This document shows positions 53,206 to 56,996 of a DNA stretch of 56,996 bases, piece by piece. The notes beneath the pieces were generated by a model. It was not told where the DNA came from, searched no databases, and was given only the letters and a program-made list of their open reading frames with translations. The stretch lies in sequence record DRR378314_630, one strand, 5' to 3'. How positions within the stretch are numbered: position 1 is the stretch's first letter; every line of letters begins with the position of its first letter. Position numbers and translations under genes: made by a program.

Positions 53206-54963
53206 TCAAAACCATCTCAGATTCGCGAGAATCTCCTTTTGGTAGATTTCCGCAACTTCTTCAAACCTTTCGTAACTACCACCGAACATGCCTGCGCGTA
53301 TAGGCCCCCAATTATCTTTGAGTTGCGCGGCTTCGCTCCTAAGCTTTTGGAAAGGAGAAATACCAATTCTGCGACCTTTCCAGCCAAACCTCCCAACGGG
53401 TCCCCAGCAGTAACTATCATCTTGCTTTTTCAGGTCGGCCGTCACCAAAGCAAAAAGTATCTCAAACTCATCAAACACTCGTTCATACGCCTTACCTAAG
53501 AAAAACAAGTCATCGAGGCTGGGTTGAAGAAGTTTGTAAAGATATTCACTCATTGGTGTAAAGTTTCGCTCATGCTCGGGTACTCGTTTGAAAACATCAG
53601 AAAGCTCCCCTGCTGCATTGGCAACTTTTTGAACGAATAGTGGTTCACTACTCTCGTGAATTGGCAACCCTAGCTTGGTATAAAATATTGTTGAGAGACT
53701 CTTATAATTTTGCCTTTCAATCGCGGCTATGCCAGCGCTGTAAACCAAGAGTAAAAGGGGATACCACCTGAGATTCACCCAAGCTACAAGACCACCTTGA
53801 CTCTCTAAAAGCCTGTCGCATGATCTAGAGACAATTTTGGAAAGCGATTTCAGTTGATTGTCACTCGCCCAATGTGACAAGCAAGCTACTATTGCGGATA
53901 AGTCTTTGGTGTGGCTCTCATAAGCCGAGATCCGTTCCAATAATTCTTCGTCAGAAAACTTTCCATTCACTGCGAAATTATCTTCGCTTGTAGACGATAG
54001 GAAGCGCCTTACTTCCTCAATAACGTAATCGTGCAACTTTATTTGTGAGCTATCGGATGGAATCAATTCTTTGAGATATTCGACTTTTTCCTCAGTTGTA
54101 TGCGTATCCCTTACTTCATCTGCATATGGTATGGTAATCAGATCATCATTGTCAGTGGTGCCATCATCTGACTCTGACTCCGAGTCAGGGACGGTTATAA
54201 TGAAATCCCCGTCACCATCGAATTGGCCATAATGAGGTGTTTGCTCCGAGTTAATATCATTTGCAACTTTTGAATATACATAAGCCATCAAGCCACTGGC
54301 TGTTATGACCCCATACTCATTCGCCGCTTTGCCTCTTATCCCCTCAATGAAATGTCCCGTGAAAACTGAGTGTCCAGGCAAGGGCCCACCGGAGTCTGCA
54401 ACGACCTCATTTGCCTTTCCTGCGGTAATTACCTGTCTTGAGAAACGCTGGTACATATCTCTGAGAAATCTACTACTTCCGGGCTTCAGATCCCTATGAA
54501 CCGCCAACCCTCCGTAGCATGCGTCCATTACGAATAAAATATGCTTTGCGCGAATTAGCTCAGCATTCCGAGTAAGCTCATCCCACCTTATAAACGTGGA
54601 GAAGTCCTCCAAATCGGCATCATAGGGTACAAGATAACCTACCTCACCTCTGACTCCTGATCTGGTATGGCCGTGACCAGCAAAAAACACAAACAACCTG
54701 TCATCAACTTTGACGTCGTCATTTGAAAACCTCAAGAATGATCTTAATATATTTTCTCGCGTAGCTTCGCTATCAAGAAGATACGTTACATTGCTTTCGT
54801 CGAAACCCAGGTCATTTATTAATACCTCACCAATCTCTTTTGCATCATTAACCGCATATCCAAGTGGCGCTACTCTCTCATAGCGATTGATGCCAATAAC
54901 CAAGGCTCTGCTGGTCTCATATTTTTGCTGAAGAATGAACTTAATATCACGCACTCTCAACAT
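53206..54963 (-). CDS. caspase (C14)-domain protein with uncharacterised C-terminal domain (cassette)
   Basis: ALVIGIN.Y, AVNDA, FFAGHG and MDACYGG catalytic dyad, HSVFT; start approximate. Confidence 0.88.
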   Translation of the reverse strand: MLRVRDIKFILQQKYETSRALVIGINRYERVAPLGYAVNDAKEIGEVLINDLGFDESNVTYLLDSEATRENILRSFLRFSNDDVKVDDRLFVFFAGHGHTRSGVRGEVGYLVPYDADLEDFSTFIRWDELTRNAELIRAKHILFVMDACYGGLAVHRDLKPGSSRFLRDMYQRFSRQVITAGKANEVVADSGGPLPGHSVFTGHFIEGIRGKAANEYGVITASGLMAYVYSKVANDINSEQTPHYGQFDGDGDFIITVPDSESESDDGTTDNDDLITIPYADEVRDTHTTEEKVEYLKELIPSDSSQIKLHDYVIEEVRRFLSSTSEDNFAVNGKFSDEELLERISAYESHTKDLSAIVACLSHWASDNQLKSLSKIVSRSCDRLLESQGGLVAWVNLRWYPLLLLVYSAGIAAIERQNYKSLSTIFYTKLGLPIHESSEPLFVQKVANAAGELSDVFKRVPEHERNFTPMSEYLYKLLQPSLDDLFFLGKAYERVFDEFEILFALVTADLKKQDDSYCWGPVGRFGWKGRRIGISPFQKLRSEAAQLKDNWGPIRAGMFGGSYERFEEVAEIYQKEILANLRWF

Positions 54964-54975
54964 TCCTTTTGTATG

Positions 54976-55053
54976 CTTTAACGCCCGGCTCACGCGCCGA
55001 TTTGGAGCCGCGAAGCGGCGGAAAAACGGTCGCCGTGCAGCCGATTGTTAAGC
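54976..55053 (-). repeat. attC, 78 bp
   Basis: CTTTAACGCCCGGCTCACG..CCGC-GAA-GCGG..CGTGCAGCCGATTGTTAAGC. Confidence 0.93.
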
Positions 55054-55056
55054 CTT

Positions 55057-55905
55057 TTATCGCAATGGCCACACTTTCCTATTTTTTAGGAAGCTGTCAT
55101 CTACAGTATAGGTATAGAAATATTCTTCAATTCCGAAGAAGCCATCCACATTGTGTTGATGGCATGCGGTGCGGGCTATTCGCGATAGAACATCAGAGAG
55201 CCAACGAGCAATTGTTAATGCGTAGTACCTGCCGAGCCTCTGGACAATCTTATTTTGACCCGTTCGGATAGAGGCTGACTTCACATCCTGCATCATCCTT
55301 CCGCTTTCATCAGTTTGCCTCACCATGGAAATAGGGGACATGAAATAATCAATGACTTCGGCATTGGCTTCGACCCGTCGCTGTGACGATTTCCCATAAT
55401 AGTGCTGATGCAATATAGCTTCCGCCACCTCATCCCACCACTTCCCAATTGGCTCTTCACTTGAGAGATTCGGCTCATCTAGAGAAGCGAAATTCGCGTA
55501 CCGCCCTCTCCGAGCATCGGCGAATGCATCTAGGCACTCCAAAATTTTCCTACTAATCTGTGTATCTGGGCGCGTGTACCTGAGGCCCAAATCTCTTGTC
55601 TTGGAAACCGCATCAACTGCATTTGCAAGATCTAGCAACTTATGACCAAATTTACGCACTTCTTTTTCTTCAGGCATTCGGCCGTTATTATTTATCGCGT
55701 AATCGGCCACTAAAATTAACTTTGCGAGCCTTTCCAATCCAACTGAAAGCCCAAAAAACGCAGTGTAATACTCGCCCATTTGGTCAGCATAATTAGCTCT
55801 CCCTAAGGCCGTGGCACCTGAGCCAATCAAGTGCCTCACTAACGCAGCTTCTCGCCCTAGCGCGTGCCATTCTGGTATATCCCATGGATTTATATTTCTG
55901 TCCAT
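55057..55905 (-). CDS. hypothetical protein, HEPN-like motifs (cassette)
   Basis: GLERLAKL..GHKLLDL..GRYANF; ATG at 55905 after GAGG. Confidence 0.7.
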   Translation of the reverse strand: MDRNINPWDIPEWHALGREAALVRHLIGSGATALGRANYADQMGEYYTAFFGLSVGLERLAKLILVADYAINNNGRMPEEKEVRKFGHKLLDLANAVDAVSKTRDLGLRYTRPDTQISRKILECLDAFADARRGRYANFASLDEPNLSSEEPIGKWWDEVAEAILHQHYYGKSSQRRVEANAEVIDYFMSPISMVRQTDESGRMMQDVKSASIRTGQNKIVQRLGRYYALTIARWLSDVLSRIARTACHQHNVDGFFGIEEYFYTYTVDDSFLKNRKVWPLR

Positions 55906-55929
55906 TTCTTCCTCGAAGTTCCATATGAG

Positions 55930-56013
55930 GCTTAACGCTTGCAGCATGCGCGCCCATGAAATGGAGCCAAAGGCGCAATTGAATGGGCGTCGCCGTGCCT
56001 GCGCTTGTTAGAT
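55930..56013 (-). repeat. attC, 84 bp
   Basis: GCTTAACGCTTGCAGCATG..CGCCCAT..ATGGGCG..CGTGCCTGCGCTTGTTAGAT. Confidence 0.93.
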
Positions 56014-56029
56014 ATTTCAGATCCAAGAA

Positions 56030-56932
56030 CTACCATGTGAGGTCGTTCTCCAAAATGAGTGAGGGATCGATAAGGTCAATTCTGCGACAGAATCTATCAA
56101 GGTTTTCGGGGGCCTCGAATTTTATCTTAAAGGAAGGAGGCTCAACGGTGCCCTCCTTAATAGCCTTCGCGTCGATTGAAGCCAGTTGATCCAGAACACT
56201 AAGAAATTCATCGACGCCTTTACGAATTGGCCCGGCCCAGCAATGAGTCATTTCGTGAACTTCTTCAAAAGGCTCTGGCGGCACTATCTTGTGGCAGTCG
56301 ATCTCGAAATCTTTTAAGTGAAGATACAGGGCCGCCAACGCATCCACTTCGACTTGAAGTCGGCTGAGACCGCCTTCGTCTTTTACATCTCCAACGATGT
56401 TGGGAAGATCATGCGTGCAAAGAACGGATACAGAACGCAATAAACGTCTTATCGTATCGGGCCTACGCACTAGCCAGCTAAAATACTCTCGACCGTTTAA
56501 GTGGGTCGGCGATATAAAAGCGGCGCCACGTATCACTCGCTCAAGTTCAATTTCGGCGCGAGAGATACGGTCATCAAGCATTTGGCGGGTAATGGCCATA
56601 TTCCATCCACACCGCTGCTTCCGGAAAATTCGTTTTACCTCGGGAGATTCAGATTTGAGGGCGGCCGGCACATAATCTTTAAAACGGATATATGCCTTAA
56701 AGCCAATGGCTATCAACGAAATGGCCAATATGGGCGCTGCGAAATTTGCTACCGGTGCACGATTTCCAACGGCAGCCATAATCACCTCTGCTAGAGCCCA
56801 CAGCGATATCACGAGCGCTGCAAAAGTTGGGGCTTCAGGGGGCAAAAATCTTAAGTATTCCAGCGCAGCCTCATACCATCGCTTCTCAGAGAACTCGATC
56901 TTGTGCTCGCCTGAATACTGTCCATCACCCAT
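56030..56932 (-). CDS. hypothetical protein with two N-terminal TM helices (cassette)
   Basis: ATG at 56932 after GGAGAG; fills the cassette bounded by GTTAGAT/ATCTAAC. Confidence 0.75.
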   Translation of the reverse strand: MGDGQYSGEHKIEFSEKRWYEAALEYLRFLPPEAPTFAALVISLWALAEVIMAAVGNRAPVANFAAPILAISLIAIGFKAYIRFKDYVPAALKSESPEVKRIFRKQRCGWNMAITRQMLDDRISRAEIELERVIRGAAFISPTHLNGREYFSWLVRRPDTIRRLLRSVSVLCTHDLPNIVGDVKDEGGLSRLQVEVDALAALYLHLKDFEIDCHKIVPPEPFEEVHEMTHCWAGPIRKGVDEFLSVLDQLASIDAKAIKEGTVEPPSFKIKFEAPENLDRFCRRIDLIDPSLILENDLTW

Positions 56933-56944
56933 AGGCTCTCCAGA

Positions 56945-56996
56945 ATCTAACGCCTGGCTCACGCGCCGGTTTGGAGCCGCGAAGCGGCGGAAAATC
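56945..56996 (-). repeat. attC (cut by window edge)
   Basis: ATCTAACGCCTGGCTCACGCGCCGGTTTGGAGCCGCGAAGCGGCGGAAAA nearly identical to attC at 54976. Confidence 0.9.

Larger units (their letters stand above)
48158..56996 (-). mobile_element. integron gene-cassette array (no intI in window; continues beyond right edge)
   Basis: Co-oriented, functionally unrelated ORFs separated by RYYYAAC...GTTRRRY imperfect palindromes; cassette start and end core sites complementary. Confidence 0.93.

Noticed and set aside
51897-56962. ORF-track N-termini MSRAL/MSQAL/MLQAL shared by several ORFs
   Set aside because: Artefacts of reading through attC sequence; real starts lie downstream of the GTT core
51931-56996. 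Repeats considered as a CRISPR array or REP elements
   Set aside because: Separated by whole genes rather than 30-40 bp spacers, no cas genes, and they carry attC core structure

Overview
High-GC gammaproteobacterial chromosomal segment; gene content and style suggest Marinobacter or a relative (inference). Left to right it holds the 3' end of a cold-shock gene with its terminator, then a complete phosphite-oxidation operon ptxABCDE under five phased Pho-box half-sites. A mixed metabolic block follows (SDR, XRE regulator, ketopantoate reductase-like, SGNH lipoprotein plus lipase-chaperone-like gene, DUF900, MtfA-like, AI-2E). Next come a complete nuoA-N operon with fused nuoCD, an Anr/FNR-box-preceded USP, transporters (MFS, osmoprotectant ABC, TRAP, AtoE) and a LysR-GST-NTF2-tautomerase unit. 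The last ~9 kb (about 48150-56996) is an unannotated integron gene-cassette array: about 11 minus-strand cassettes separated by attC sites, each cassette's start and end core sites being complementary. The attC sites are intact at the right and decay leftward (point mutations, deletions, fused GNAT/HigB remnants) while most ORFs stay open. No integrase lies in the window; it would be expected beyond the right edge. The right-most, presumably newest, cassettes encode a caspase-domain fusion protein, a HEPN-like protein and an unknown membrane protein, all candidate anti-phage genes. Product calls come from motif recognition, not database searches.
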